Source: Minisyncoccota bacterium (GTDB lineage Bacteria > Patescibacteriota > Minisyncoccia > Phycocordibacterales > UBA1550). From it: DNA of 41,524 bases. Positions 17,776 to 27,851 of this stretch are shown piece after piece. How positions within the stretch are numbered: the stretch's first letter is position 1; each line of letters opens with the position of its first letter. The position numbers and the translations under genes were made by a program. The stretch is taken from assembly GCA_023229865.1 (NCBI GenBank), contig JALNYL010000008.1:1-41524 (forward strand), written 5' to 3'. The notes below the pieces were generated by a model. The model was not told where the DNA came from. It saw only the letters and a program-made list of their open reading frames with translations, and did no database searches.

Positions 17776-20700
17776 ATGAGCATATTTCATCACAGCGCAG
17801 CGTGGATCGCAAAGCATAAATACCACCACCATGTTTTCTTTGGATCGCTTGCGTTTGTCTTTGCTTCGCTTGGTGTCTATGTGTACACAAATGATGTTGC
17901 GCGCGCTGCGACATACAATTTTGTGCAGGCTACGTGGGTTGGGGGAGTGACGGCAAATACCGCGACTCATACGAGCAATCAAACAGGCTGGACTCAGTAC
18001 TCTGCGGATTCAGGAACGATTCTTTCTGATATAAACGGCGTGAGCTTGCAGCCCACACACCACACCTTGCCCGATACGGGGTTTGTCGGAGGAACTCATG
18101 TTTCAACCACTGTTTCTGGTTCCGGAGCGGGGGCGACCGTGAGCATGATTCCTGTCGGCGTCCTCTCTACGCTTGGGGCAGGGACCATTACTGCAGGCAA
18201 CAGATCTCAAGGTGTTGCTGTTGCTCCAGAGGGAACAGCAGTGTATGTAGCAAACTATGGTGATGGTACGGTTTCTCAATACAGTCGCAATACTTCCACA
18301 GGAGCACTCACGTTCCTTGGTGCAGTGGGTGGGCTCAACACTCCTGTGGCAGTTGTCGTTTCTTCTGATGGAGCGTCGGTCTATGTGGCAAACTATGGAG
18401 GAAATAGTGTGACGGTTTTTGCTCGCAATATCGCAGCAGGGACACTCACATCCCTCGGGGCGGTAGCGGCAGGGACAGGTCCGAGCGGAATCAATATTTC
18501 CGCTGATGGTAAATCGGTGTACGTGACACACTCATTTGGTAGTGCTAATAACACTGTTCAGCAGTTTAGTCGCAATCTTTCAAATGGTACTTTGACCGCC
18601 CTTACTCCTGCGAGTGTCGCGACGGGGGTCAACCCTCAGGCGGTCGCTGTCTCTCCTGATGGCAATCATGTGTATGTTTCAAATACCACGAGTTCTTATA
18701 TTGATGAATTTGCTCGCAACACTACTACAGGGGCACTCACTTCTATTGGCACAGTTGTTTCAGGAAATAACGGATTTAGTATTGTTGTTTCTCCTGATGG
18801 CAATCATGTGTACTCTTCGCACTACGGCACGATCTATCAATACGCTCGTAACCCTTCGACGGGTATTTTGACCGCGCTTGTTCCAGGGACCGTTGCTGTC
18901 GGTGCAGCATCAAAGGGGATTGCGATTTCTCCTGACGGTAATTCTGTATACTCTGCAAATTCGACCGCAAATACCGTATCGCAACTCAGCCGCAACCCAG
19001 CAACAGGGCAGCTCACCGCTCTCAACCCAGGGACAGTCCTTACAGGAACAACCCCTACATGGGTAGCTGTTTCTCCTGATGGCAACTCAGTGTACGCCGC
19101 CAACAACTTCAACGGAACCAACGTACTCTCTATGTATACGCGTAGCAATTCTTCTACGGGTGTTTTCACCTCTCGCGTTATTGATACGGGGGCCGCTGTT
19201 GCGTTTACGACGCTTGCATACACTGCAACACTCAATGGCGAAACTATTACACTCGATGCACGCGCGGGTAATACGGCAACCCCTGATGGCACATGGACGG
19301 CATGGCAGCAGGGAATTGCGAGTGGGGGGACTATCGCGGGGCTTGCAGGAAATCGCTATATCCAATATCGCGCAAATTTCACAACAACGACCTCGGCGCT
19401 CCCTGTCCTCAACTCAGTGACTATTTCATACGATACGTATGCAACGACTGCAAATCTCACGTCATCTATCTATGATACCGAATCATCGGGCAACGTTTTT
19501 TCAAATGTTTTTTGGACTGCTTCAAATACGAGTGGTACCGAGTCAGTAAGATTCCAAATACGTTCATCTCCTGACGGTGCGACATGGACGGGTTGGTGTG
19601 GTGTTGCAAATACCTGTAACGGCAGTGATTACTTCACGGTCTTTTCGGGAGTAGTCGGTGGTATTTCTGTGGGGCACCCACTTATTACCGGTGGCGATGA
19701 TCGCTATATGCAATACAAGGTTTCGTTTACATCATCGGGTGTTGCGACTCCATTTCTTACTTCTGCAACACTTCAGTATATTGTGAATGGACCACCTGTC
19801 GTTTCAAACGTCGTGGCATCGCAAGCTTCTGATGGGTACGTGACGGTTACGTATGATGTTTCTGACGCAGACAACACCATTGGTAATACGGTTGACGTGA
19901 CACTTCAATACTGTACGACAAGCTGCGCTAGTGGTACTGAGGTGTGGGCAGATGCTGTGAGTGTGACGGGCGGGGTGGGGACAGGTACTCCTTTGGGAAC
20001 TGGGAAGAGTATTACTTGGAATCCTACTATTGATTATCCTTCGCAGTTTAAAGAAGGGGTTCAAAAGGTCCGGGTGAAGGCAGATGACCGCGCGACCTCA
20101 AACAATATTGCCTACGGAACCTCGGGGGCATTTACGTTGAGCACAATTCAGCCAGCAGTGACTGTAAGTATAAATTCCGCAGGGACACAAGACGTGGTGA
20201 CCATCACGGCGACAAGTGTCTTCACCCTTGAGTATCGCCTCTGCAACGCTTCAGATTTTACAGGGTGCGCTACGTGGACGCCAATCACTTCAGGTGTTGC
20301 AACTCCTGCAAACTGGTCAGCAACAGGAACACCAAACGCGGAGACGGTGTATTTGCAGGTTCGTGATCAGTATGGCAACACAACGTCGAGAACAATCGTC
20401 GCTCCCGCAATGCCAACAAGCCTTCTCGCTGCTGATGTTTCAAACCCAAGCGCGGGATCATTTGGTGAGACGGTGAGCTGGACGGTGGTACCAAACGCGG
20501 TTTCATATCGTGTTTACAGTGGCACCTCTTTGGATGTTTCAACTCCTCCTTCATCATACTCACTCCTCGCAAGCCCTGTGGCAAATATGTACAACCACAA
20601 CATTACTACCGCGACAACTTCTGCGTACTGGTATCGTGTTGCTGCAGTGAATACTAATGGTGATGTTTCAAACTTTACTACCGCAATGACAAATGGTGAT

Positions 20701-23070
20701 GTGCCTGATAGTTTTGGTACATCAGTTGCCGATACGACAGCTCCTGCATCTTCAAGTATCACCGCGCCGACCGATAACATCAGAAACACATCAGCTGCTG
20801 TTGCGTTTACTACAAACGAGCTCGCAACCGCCGAAGTTCTCTATGGGACGACACACGCGGCAAGCTGTAATTATGCAGGAACCCCGGTAAGCACCCCATA
20901 CTACGTGACATCACAGAGTGTAAATCTCACTGGCCTTACTTCAGATACTACGTATTACTTTTGTGTGAGAACAACAGACGTTCTTGGTAATGTGAGCGCG
21001 TGGGTTGATGGGGGATCGTTTACAACCCTCGGTGGACCTGTCATCACTGCTGTTGCCGACACCAACACCAACGACAATTCGACAACCATTTTCTGGAACA
21101 CTTCAACAAGTTCTGATTCGTACGTTTATTATTCAACAAGCCCATCACTCGCAAATCCTCAAGTCTCAGGGAGTTCGGCGATGGTTGCAGAGTCGGCAAC
21201 CCCTGGCATCTTCCAGCATCAAGTAGGCCTCTCGGGTCTCACTGCGGGTACAACGTACTACTATTCAGTGAAGTCGACCGACAGCTTGGGAAATATTACG
21301 ACCGACACAAAGGGTGGTGTTTACTATGATTTTGTAACAACTGTCGATACGACTGCCCCAGCGATTACCAACATCACGACCCCCGTAAAATCTTCGACTG
21401 CCGTCGTAATTGTGTGGGAGACTGATGAGCCTGCGACGTCGCAAGTCTTGTATGGATCCACCACGGGTGACCGCTCTCGTTTCTTGACTACGGACGCAAC
21501 GAAATCTATTTATCACGTAACGACACTTTCTTCGGCAACAACCAACAGTGGCGCAGCAGGAGGAACAAACGCACTTTCTCCAAGTACGACATACTACTAC
21601 GTCGTGAAGTCAGCTGACACGGCAGGGAATACTGCTACTTCAGCAGAGCAAACAGTTACTACTTCTGAGGCGGGTGCCGTTACTATTGTGACCGTTGTCT
21701 CAGGCGGCGGTGGAGGAGGTGGTGTCGCGGGTGACGCTACTCCTCCGGTGATTGCTGGGGTGAAGGTGAGTGAAGTTACGCCATTTGGTGCGACGGTGAC
21801 CTTTGAAACCAATGAGCAAGTCGTAAGTTTCGTTGAGTATGGCAAGGACACCGCGTACGGCGACAGCGCAGGAAGTTCTTCATATGCAAACAATCATACC
21901 GTTAAACTCCGTGGGCTCACGATGGGGACTGATTACCATATTCGTGTGAAAGCAGTTGACCGTGCGGGCAACATGAGCACTTCTGCTGATCAGACCTTTA
22001 AGACAAGTTTCATTTCTGAAAATCTTAAAGACTTCGCAAACATTGATAACATTGAAGCATTCCAGAAGGAAATCGAAAATGCTATTGAATCAATCCTCCC
22101 ATCGCTCGTACCACCGTTTGTTGCAAAGCCTCAAATCACCAACATCACTGAAGATGGTGCGACGGTAATATTTAGCACCAACATCAAGGCTTATCCAATC
22201 GTCGCCTTTGTGGAGGATAGCCTCTACGACGCTACCAAGGAAAATCCTTACACGAGCGAAATCTCTGATACAGAGAAGAAGGAAAATAATCACAAGATTG
22301 TCATTACCGGTCTCAAGCAGAATACCAAGTATCATCTCGATGCGCGCGCATTTTCGCTTCCTAAGGTTATTGGTAAGGCAGGTGATGTGACGTTTGTTAC
22401 TCAGGCTGCAAAGATTCAGGGTTCTATTGCGGAGCGCAAGAAGGATTCGTTTACCGTAGTTTGGGCAACAGAAGGCAAGACAACGTCGATCGTTGAATTC
22501 AAAAACACAAAGACAGGAATCACGGATCGCCGCACTGATAGTGCTAAGGCCACATCGCACTCAATGAGGATTGAAAACCTCCCTTCAGGCACGACCTTTG
22601 AAGTAAGCATCTCAGGGGTGAATGAGCAGGGGAACACGGTCGTCGCAGGGGCACCACTTATGGTGACTACATCACGCGACACGACCGCACCAGTAATTTC
22701 TGGATTCAAAGTCGACAACGCACTCGTTCCTGGTCGCACGGATCGCATCCAGACTATCGTTTCGTGGACAACTGACGAACCTGCAAATGCGACCGTCTAC
22801 TACGAAGAGGGTACTGGTCCACAAGACGACACAGAAGAGCTCGCCAATAAAAACGAAGCACTCGATGCGTATGTAGTGAACCACAGCGTCATCTTGCCAA
22901 ACTTGAAGCCAGGCACTATTTACCGCATCAAGGTAACCTCGGGCGATGATAGCGGCAACAAGGGTTCGTTTGGTCCACGTACGATCATCACCCCTCGTCA
23001 GACGGAATCAATCACGGATATCATCTTCAAGAACTTCGAAGATTCGTTCAAATTCCTTCGCAAAATCTAG
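17776..23070 (+). CDS. Giant membrane-anchored surface protein: 7-bladed beta-propeller plus multiple Ig/Fn3-like domains
   Basis: An N-terminal TM anchor is followed by seven repeats of about 45 aa of the xVAVSPDGxxVYVAN...RNxxTGxLT type (about 18200-19150). About seven Fn3-like modules with a TTAPxI...YG...YYY.V...D..GN pattern follow (about 20730-22990), with a Gly7 linker between them. Confidence 0.85.
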   Translation: MSIFHHSAAWIAKHKYHHHVFFGSLAFVFASLGVYVYTNDVARAATYNFVQATWVGGVTANTATHTSNQTGWTQYSADSGTILSDINGVSLQPTHHTLPDTGFVGGTHVSTTVSGSGAGATVSMIPVGVLSTLGAGTITAGNRSQGVAVAPEGTAVYVANYGDGTVSQYSRNTSTGALTFLGAVGGLNTPVAVVVSSDGASVYVANYGGNSVTVFARNIAAGTLTSLGAVAAGTGPSGINISADGKSVYVTHSFGSANNTVQQFSRNLSNGTLTALTPASVATGVNPQAVAVSPDGNHVYVSNTTSSYIDEFARNTTTGALTSIGTVVSGNNGFSIVVSPDGNHVYSSHYGTIYQYARNPSTGILTALVPGTVAVGAASKGIAISPDGNSVYSANSTANTVSQLSRNPATGQLTALNPGTVLTGTTPTWVAVSPDGNSVYAANNFNGTNVLSMYTRSNSSTGVFTSRVIDTGAAVAFTTLAYTATLNGETITLDARAGNTATPDGTWTAWQQGIASGGTIAGLAGNRYIQYRANFTTTTSALPVLNSVTISYDTYATTANLTSSIYDTESSGNVFSNVFWTASNTSGTESVRFQIRSSPDGATWTGWCGVANTCNGSDYFTVFSGVVGGISVGHPLITGGDDRYMQYKVSFTSSGVATPFLTSATLQYIVNGPPVVSNVVASQASDGYVTVTYDVSDADNTIGNTVDVTLQYCTTSCASGTEVWADAVSVTGGVGTGTPLGTGKSITWNPTIDYPSQFKEGVQKVRVKADDRATSNNIAYGTSGAFTLSTIQPAVTVSINSAGTQDVVTITATSVFTLEYRLCNASDFTGCATWTPITSGVATPANWSATGTPNAETVYLQVRDQYGNTTSRTIVAPAMPTSLLAADVSNPSAGSFGETVSWTVVPNAVSYRVYSGTSLDVSTPPSSYSLLASPVANMYNHNITTATTSAYWYRVAAVNTNGDVSNFTTAMTNGDVPDSFGTSVADTTAPASSSITAPTDNIRNTSAAVAFTTNELATAEVLYGTTHAASCNYAGTPVSTPYYVTSQSVNLTGLTSDTTYYFCVRTTDVLGNVSAWVDGGSFTTLGGPVITAVADTNTNDNSTTIFWNTSTSSDSYVYYSTSPSLANPQVSGSSAMVAESATPGIFQHQVGLSGLTAGTTYYYSVKSTDSLGNITTDTKGGVYYDFVTTVDTTAPAITNITTPVKSSTAVVIVWETDEPATSQVLYGSTTGDRSRFLTTDATKSIYHVTTLSSATTNSGAAGGTNALSPSTTYYYVVKSADTAGNTATSAEQTVTTSEAGAVTIVTVVSGGGGGGGVAGDATPPVIAGVKVSEVTPFGATVTFETNEQVVSFVEYGKDTAYGDSAGSSSYANNHTVKLRGLTMGTDYHIRVKAVDRAGNMSTSADQTFKTSFISENLKDFANIDNIEAFQKEIENAIESILPSLVPPFVAKPQITNITEDGATVIFSTNIKAYPIVAFVEDSLYDATKENPYTSEISDTEKKENNHKIVITGLKQNTKYHLDARAFSLPKVIGKAGDVTFVTQAAKIQGSIAERKKDSFTVVWATEGKTTSIVEFKNTKTGITDRRTDSAKATSHSMRIENLPSGTTFEVSISGVNEQGNTVVAGAPLMVTTSRDTTAPVISGFKVDNALVPGRTDRIQTIVSWTTDEPANATVYYEEGTGPQDDTEELANKNEALDAYVVNHSVILPNLKPGTIYRIKVTSGDDSGNKGSFGPRTIITPRQTESITDIIFKNFEDSFKFLRKI

Positions 23071-23096
23071 TCCTTGAAAGGGGGCAAAAATAAGAC

Positions 23097-23122
23097 AAAA
23101 AACCGCCTTCGGGCGGTTTTTT
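23097..23122 (+). terminator. Rho-independent terminator
   Basis: An A-tract is followed by stem ccgcc/ggcgg with loop ttcg and a T6 tract. Confidence 0.8.
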
Positions 23123-23159
23123 GCTTTATTTCCCAATATTGTGCTGGCACTATGGGTAA

Positions 23160-23167
23160 TGTATAAT
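23160..23167 (+). promoter_or_regulatory. -10 region TGTATAAT abutting the next ORF
   Basis: TATAAT at 23162-23167 lies 6 nt before ATG 23174. Confidence 0.5.
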
Positions 23168-23173
23168 TGCCTT

Positions 23174-24142
23174 ATGCAAACAACACAAAACAACAATTTC
23201 TCAGTAACACCAAAGGATTTCTTTTTCTGGGCAGGAGCGATGGTCGCTTTCTACGCAACGGTTATTGCGCTTGTTAATCTTGTTTTTAATTATATCAATT
23301 ATCTTTTCCCTAATGCGCTCAATACGTATCAGGTAGACCCTTACCAGAGTGGTATCAGTAGCCAGATGGCGACAATCATTATTGCAGTACCGGTGTTTGT
23401 CCTCCTTATGCGTCTTATTCGCGGCACGATTGCGCTCGACCCTACACGTCAGGAGATTTGGGTACGTCGTTGGGCTATCGTCCTCACACTCTTTGTTTCG
23501 GGAGCTGCGATGATTGTCTCACTCATTGTTCTTCTTACTACGTTTTTGAATGGCGAAGAACTCACAGCACGTTTCTTACTCAAGGTTCTCACGATGCTTA
23601 TTGTTGCAGGCTCTGCGTTCGGATATTTCTTTGCTGACATAAAAGGCTACTGGAGTAAATCGCCTTCATGCGCACGCAATGTCGGATATGCATTTTCTTT
23701 CGTCCTCGCTCTCACGGTGATCGCAGGTTTCTTTATTGTAGGGACACCACGCGAAGCACGTCTCGCGCGCTATGATGCGCAAAAGGTGAGTGACCTTCAG
23801 GGTATTCAGTGGCAGATTGTAAGTTATTATCAGCAGAAAGAGAAACTCCCTAAGACACTTGTGGAGCTCGTTGATCCTATCTCAGGCACAGCGCTTTCTA
23901 CTGACCCACAATCAAAGGTGGAATACGAATACGCACCCAAGGCCGGACTCTCGTTTGAACTCTGTGCAAATTTCAACGCGGAAAGTCGCAAAAAGATGGA
24001 TGGAGGGGAAGTGGCAAGACCAATGTATTCAACCATGGATATGATGAAGGGAGACTCTGCTGATAGTTGGACACACGCAGCTGGTCGCGTATGTTTCGAA
24101 CGCACGATTGACCCAGATAGATACCCACCCCTTAAGAAGTAA
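23174..24142 (+). CDS. DUF5671-like polytopic membrane protein
   Basis: I set the start at ATG 23174 (MQTTQNN). The N-terminus (PKDFFFWAGAMVAFYATVIALVNLVFNYINYLFP) resembles DUF5671. There are four or more TM helices and a soluble C-terminus. Confidence 0.6.
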   Translation: MQTTQNNNFSVTPKDFFFWAGAMVAFYATVIALVNLVFNYINYLFPNALNTYQVDPYQSGISSQMATIIIAVPVFVLLMRLIRGTIALDPTRQEIWVRRWAIVLTLFVSGAAMIVSLIVLLTTFLNGEELTARFLLKVLTMLIVAGSAFGYFFADIKGYWSKSPSCARNVGYAFSFVLALTVIAGFFIVGTPREARLARYDAQKVSDLQGIQWQIVSYYQQKEKLPKTLVELVDPISGTALSTDPQSKVEYEYAPKAGLSFELCANFNAESRKKMDGGEVARPMYSTMDMMKGDSADSWTHAAGRVCFERTIDPDRYPPLKK

Positions 24143-26556
24143 TGAGAAAATACGACCACAAAGAAATAGAAAAGAAATGGCAGACCGAATGGGAAGCCAA
24201 GGGTTTGTATTGTGCGAGTGACGACTCTTCAAAACCAAAGTCGTACGTGCTTGATATGTTCCCATACCCATCAGGGGAGGGGCTTCATGTTGGACATCCA
24301 AAGGGTTATATCGCCACCGATGCATATTCGCGTATGAAGCGTATGCAGGGCTTTAACGTGCTTCACGCTATGGGTTGGGACGCTTTTGGCCTTCCCGCTG
24401 AGCAGTACGCTATCAAAAACAAAGTGCATCCTCGCGTTGCGGTGGACAAGAACACCACGCGCTTTAAAGAGCAGCTCTCTATCATCGGTTTTGATTATGA
24501 CTGGAAGCGCGAGATTAATACCACTGATCCCGAGTTTTATAAATGGACGCAGTGGATATTCCTCAAGATGTTTGAAAAGGGTCTCGCGTATGAGTCGTAC
24601 GAGCCGATCAACTGGTGCCCCACATGCCAGACGGGCCTTGCAAACGAAGACCTCGAAGACGGCAAATGTGAGCGCTGTGATACTCCTGTAGAAAAGAAGC
24701 CAATGCGTCAGTGGGTACTTCGTATCACGCAGTACGCAGATCGTATGCTCGAGGATCTCGATGCGCTCAACTGGCCCGCATCTATCAAAGAGTCTCAGAA
24801 GAACTGGATCGGTCGCAGTGAAGGAGCAGAGATTGATTTCAAGATTGAAAACAGTGATAAGACAATCACCGTCTTCACGACACGCCCTGATACGCTTTTT
24901 GGTGCGACATACGTCGTGCTCGCTCCCGAGAATAAACTCATCGATGAGCTCGCATCAAGTATTTCAAATATGAGTGACGTGCTCGCATACCGTGAGGATG
25001 CAAAGTCTCGCACAGAGATCGAGCGCACCGCAGAAGGGAAGGAGAAGACAGGTGTGAAGCTCGAAGGAGTCCTTGCTATCAATCCTGCAAACGACGAGAA
25101 GATTCCCGTGTTTGCTGCAGACTATGTACTCGGCAATTATGGTACCGGCGCGGTGATGGCAGTGCCTGCGCACGATGAGCGCGATTGGAGTTTTGCAAAG
25201 AAGTTCAATCTCCCTATTAAACAAGTAATTGAAACTCCAGAATTTTTCCCAAAAGATAAGCCATACACAGAAGATGGAATCATAACAAATTCTATAGTTT
25301 GGTTGGACGGTTTGTTGAGTGTTGACGCAAGGTCGGAAATTGTTGGCGAGCTTGAATATAAGGGCGCAGCGAAAGAAGTTGTTCGTTACCGCCTAAAAGA
25401 CTGGGTGTTTTCACGTCAGCGCTATTGGGGAGAGCCTATACCGCTTATTCATTGTGATAAGTGTGGCGTCGTTCCTGTCCCTGAAGCAGACTTGCCCGTG
25501 ATGCTTCCACAAGTTGAGTCGTATGCACCGTCAGGCACCGGAGAGTCACCACTTGCAAACATTGCCGAGTGGGTGAATGTGCCTTGTCCAAAGTGTGGTG
25601 GCGCTGGCAAACGCGAGACCAACACGATGCCTCAGTGGGCAGGTTCTTCGTGGTACTATCTCCGCTTCATCGATCCCAAAAACAGTGACGCCCTCGTCGA
25701 CAAGACAAAAGAAAAATATTGGTCACCTGTCGATATGTATGTTGGTGGCGCAGAGCACGCGACACGTCACCTCATCTACGCGCGCTTCTATCACAAGTTT
25801 TTGTATGACATCGGGGTAGTGAACTACGAGGAGCCTTTTGCGCGTCTCCAAAATGTCGGACTCATTATGGCAGAGGATGGTCGCAAGATGAGCAAGCGAT
25901 GGGGCAATGTCGTGAATCCTGATGACGTAGTGGGTGAGCACGGCGCAGACACGCTTCGTCTTTACGAAATGTTTATGGGCCCCTTTAATCAATCAGTCGC
26001 ATGGAGTACGCAAAGCATCGTCGGTCCGCGTCGTTTCCTTGAGCGTGTGTGGAAGCTCGCAGAAAAAGTTTCTGAAAGCGCAAATGAAAAGACGACCGAT
26101 GCTGCTCTTCACAAAGCAATCAAAAAAGTAGGGGACGATATTGAAACATTTGGTTTCAATACGGCCATCTCTGCGCTCATGATACTCGTGAACGATTTAG
26201 AAAAAGCAGAATCACTTTCGAAGCACACCTACGAGACACTCCTTGTGCTCCTCGCGCCATTTGCACCGCACATCACAGAAGAACTTTGGCACGAGCTCGG
26301 CAACACCACTTCGATTCACCTCGCCTCATGGCCAGCCTATGATGCTTCAAAGTGTGTCGAGAGTGAGATCACGATTGCGATCCAGGTAAACGGCAAGGTG
26401 CGTGACGAAATAGTGGTTGCCGCGGATGCTGACGAGGAGGCGATAAAGTCCATTGTCCTTGCCCGCCCCACTATCGTGAAATGGACCGAAGGGGAGGAAA
26501 TTAAGAAGATTATCGTGGTAAAAGGCAAGTTGGTAAGTATTGTGGTGGGGGAGTAA
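24142..26556 (+). CDS. leuS: Leucine--tRNA ligase
   Basis: It has HIGH (PYPSGEGLHVGHPKGY), KMSKS (RKMSKRWGN) and a CP1 editing domain. Its ATG overlaps the upstream stop (TAATG). Confidence 0.97.
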   Translation: MRKYDHKEIEKKWQTEWEAKGLYCASDDSSKPKSYVLDMFPYPSGEGLHVGHPKGYIATDAYSRMKRMQGFNVLHAMGWDAFGLPAEQYAIKNKVHPRVAVDKNTTRFKEQLSIIGFDYDWKREINTTDPEFYKWTQWIFLKMFEKGLAYESYEPINWCPTCQTGLANEDLEDGKCERCDTPVEKKPMRQWVLRITQYADRMLEDLDALNWPASIKESQKNWIGRSEGAEIDFKIENSDKTITVFTTRPDTLFGATYVVLAPENKLIDELASSISNMSDVLAYREDAKSRTEIERTAEGKEKTGVKLEGVLAINPANDEKIPVFAADYVLGNYGTGAVMAVPAHDERDWSFAKKFNLPIKQVIETPEFFPKDKPYTEDGIITNSIVWLDGLLSVDARSEIVGELEYKGAAKEVVRYRLKDWVFSRQRYWGEPIPLIHCDKCGVVPVPEADLPVMLPQVESYAPSGTGESPLANIAEWVNVPCPKCGGAGKRETNTMPQWAGSSWYYLRFIDPKNSDALVDKTKEKYWSPVDMYVGGAEHATRHLIYARFYHKFLYDIGVVNYEEPFARLQNVGLIMAEDGRKMSKRWGNVVNPDDVVGEHGADTLRLYEMFMGPFNQSVAWSTQSIVGPRRFLERVWKLAEKVSESANEKTTDAALHKAIKKVGDDIETFGFNTAISALMILVNDLEKAESLSKHTYETLLVLLAPFAPHITEELWHELGNTTSIHLASWPAYDASKCVESEITIAIQVNGKVRDEIVVAADADEEAIKSIVLARPTIVKWTEGEEIKKIIVVKGKLVSIVVGE

Positions 26557-26697
26557 ACCCTTGCAAAATAAGGGTTAAACAGAATCCGTCCTAAAATCCA
26601 GTAATTACTTGACTTCCTGGGTATTTAATGATAGAAAGTATGTACTTTAGGTGGAAAAAACAATTAATTAATACGATATTTTAATAGTTATTTATTT

Positions 26698-27726
26698 ATG
26701 CCAGCGATTACATTTAAACCAAAACAAGCCGTAAAGCGCCTTCTCGCGACCCTCTCTCCGCGCGCACTTGATGTGATGACCAAACGCTACGGCCTTGGTG
26801 ATAATGTTGAGCGCATGACCCTCGAGGGTATCGGCAAGACATACGGCATCACTCGTGAGCGTGTTCGTCAGATTGAGAACTTCGCTTTGAGCGCAATCAA
26901 AAAGTCTGATGCTTTCAAAAAGGAAGCAGCGGTGTTTGATGAACTCCACAAGCTCGTTATCTCAATGGGCGGTATCGTATGCGAAGAAGATTTCTTGATG
27001 CACATCACAAAGGATGTAAGCACACAGAACCACCTCTATTTCCTCCTCGTGCTCGGTGAGCAGTTTACTCGTGAAAAAGAAGATGATCACTTCCGCCATC
27101 GTTGGATTGTGGATGACAAAGTTTCAATGAAGGTTCACGATGCTATTCGTGAGCTCTATAAGACTCTTTCACACGAAGATTTGATTCCTGAAAGCGAAAT
27201 CATCGCAGCGTTCCTCAATCACCTCAAGGACGTTTCAGAGGAATACAAGAACGAAGAGATTACCAAGCGTTGGCTTGCACTCTCAAAGACTATTGCAAAG
27301 AATCCGCTCGGCGAGTGGGGAGTTGCTCAGTCACACAATGTGAACGCCCGCGGTATGCGCGACTATGCATACCTCATCATCCGTAAGCACGGATCACCAA
27401 TGCACTTTACGGAAGTTGCAAAGTCAATCACAAACATTTTCGGAAAGAAGGCGCACGTAGCTACATGTCACAATGAGCTCATCAAAGATAATCGTTTCGT
27501 ACTCGTTGGTCGCGGACTCTACGCGCTCTCAACATGGGGTTATGAAAAAGGTGTCGTGAAGGATGTTATTGCAAAGGTTCTCAAAAATGAAGGACCTCTC
27601 GCAAAAAAAGACATTATCGATCGCGTCCTCAAGGAGCGTCATGTAAAAGAAAACACCGTCTTCGTAAATCTCCAGGACACCAAGATGTTCAAGAAGACCA
27701 AGGACGGAAAGTACGCATTGGCGTAG
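26698..27726 (+). CDS. Sigma-70 region-4-like HTH fused to a HARE-HTH domain
   Basis: The N-terminus reads LSPRALDVMTKRYGLGDNVERMTLEGIGKTYGITRERVRQIENFALSAIKK, a region 4.2 pattern. The C-terminus reads MHFTEVAKSI...CHNELIKDNRFVLVGRGLYALSTWGY, which is like the HARE-HTH of the RNA polymerase delta subunit. No region 2 is present. Confidence 0.75.
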   Translation: MPAITFKPKQAVKRLLATLSPRALDVMTKRYGLGDNVERMTLEGIGKTYGITRERVRQIENFALSAIKKSDAFKKEAAVFDELHKLVISMGGIVCEEDFLMHITKDVSTQNHLYFLLVLGEQFTREKEDDHFRHRWIVDDKVSMKVHDAIRELYKTLSHEDLIPESEIIAAFLNHLKDVSEEYKNEEITKRWLALSKTIAKNPLGEWGVAQSHNVNARGMRDYAYLIIRKHGSPMHFTEVAKSITNIFGKKAHVATCHNELIKDNRFVLVGRGLYALSTWGYEKGVVKDVIAKVLKNEGPLAKKDIIDRVLKERHVKENTVFVNLQDTKMFKKTKDGKYALA

Positions 27727-27742
27727 CAGGTGAACAATCGAT

Positions 27743-27776
27743 AAAGAGCGGTTTCGCAAAGCGAAACCGCTCTTTT
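27743..27776 (+). terminator. Rho-independent terminator
   Basis: A 15-bp perfect stem, aaagagcggtttcgc/gcgaaaccgctcttt, has loop aaa and a T-rich tail. Confidence 0.8.
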
Positions 27777-27801
27777 CGTTACTGGTCAAATGTTAATTGT
27801 C

Positions 27802-27834
27802 CGGGTGGTTTTGTTTTTCAAACAAAACCACCCG
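27802..27834. promoter_or_regulatory. Perfect 14-bp inverted repeat abutting a -10 element
   Basis: The repeat is cgggtggttttgtt-ttca-aacaaaaccacccg. It has no T-tract on either strand and ends 1 nt before TGCTACAAT. Confidence 0.4.
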
Positions 27835-27843
27835 TGCTACAAT
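27835..27843 (+). promoter_or_regulatory. Extended -10 (TGCTACAAT)
   Basis: It lies 8 nt upstream of ATG 27852. Confidence 0.5.
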
Positions 27844-27851
27844 AGGGAAGT

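Noticed and set aside
21703-21723. The Gly7 stretch in the giant protein might be a slippage-prone tract.
   Set aside because: It is encoded by mixed codons (ggc ggc ggt gga gga ggt ggt). It is not a DNA homopolymer or a perfect microsatellite.
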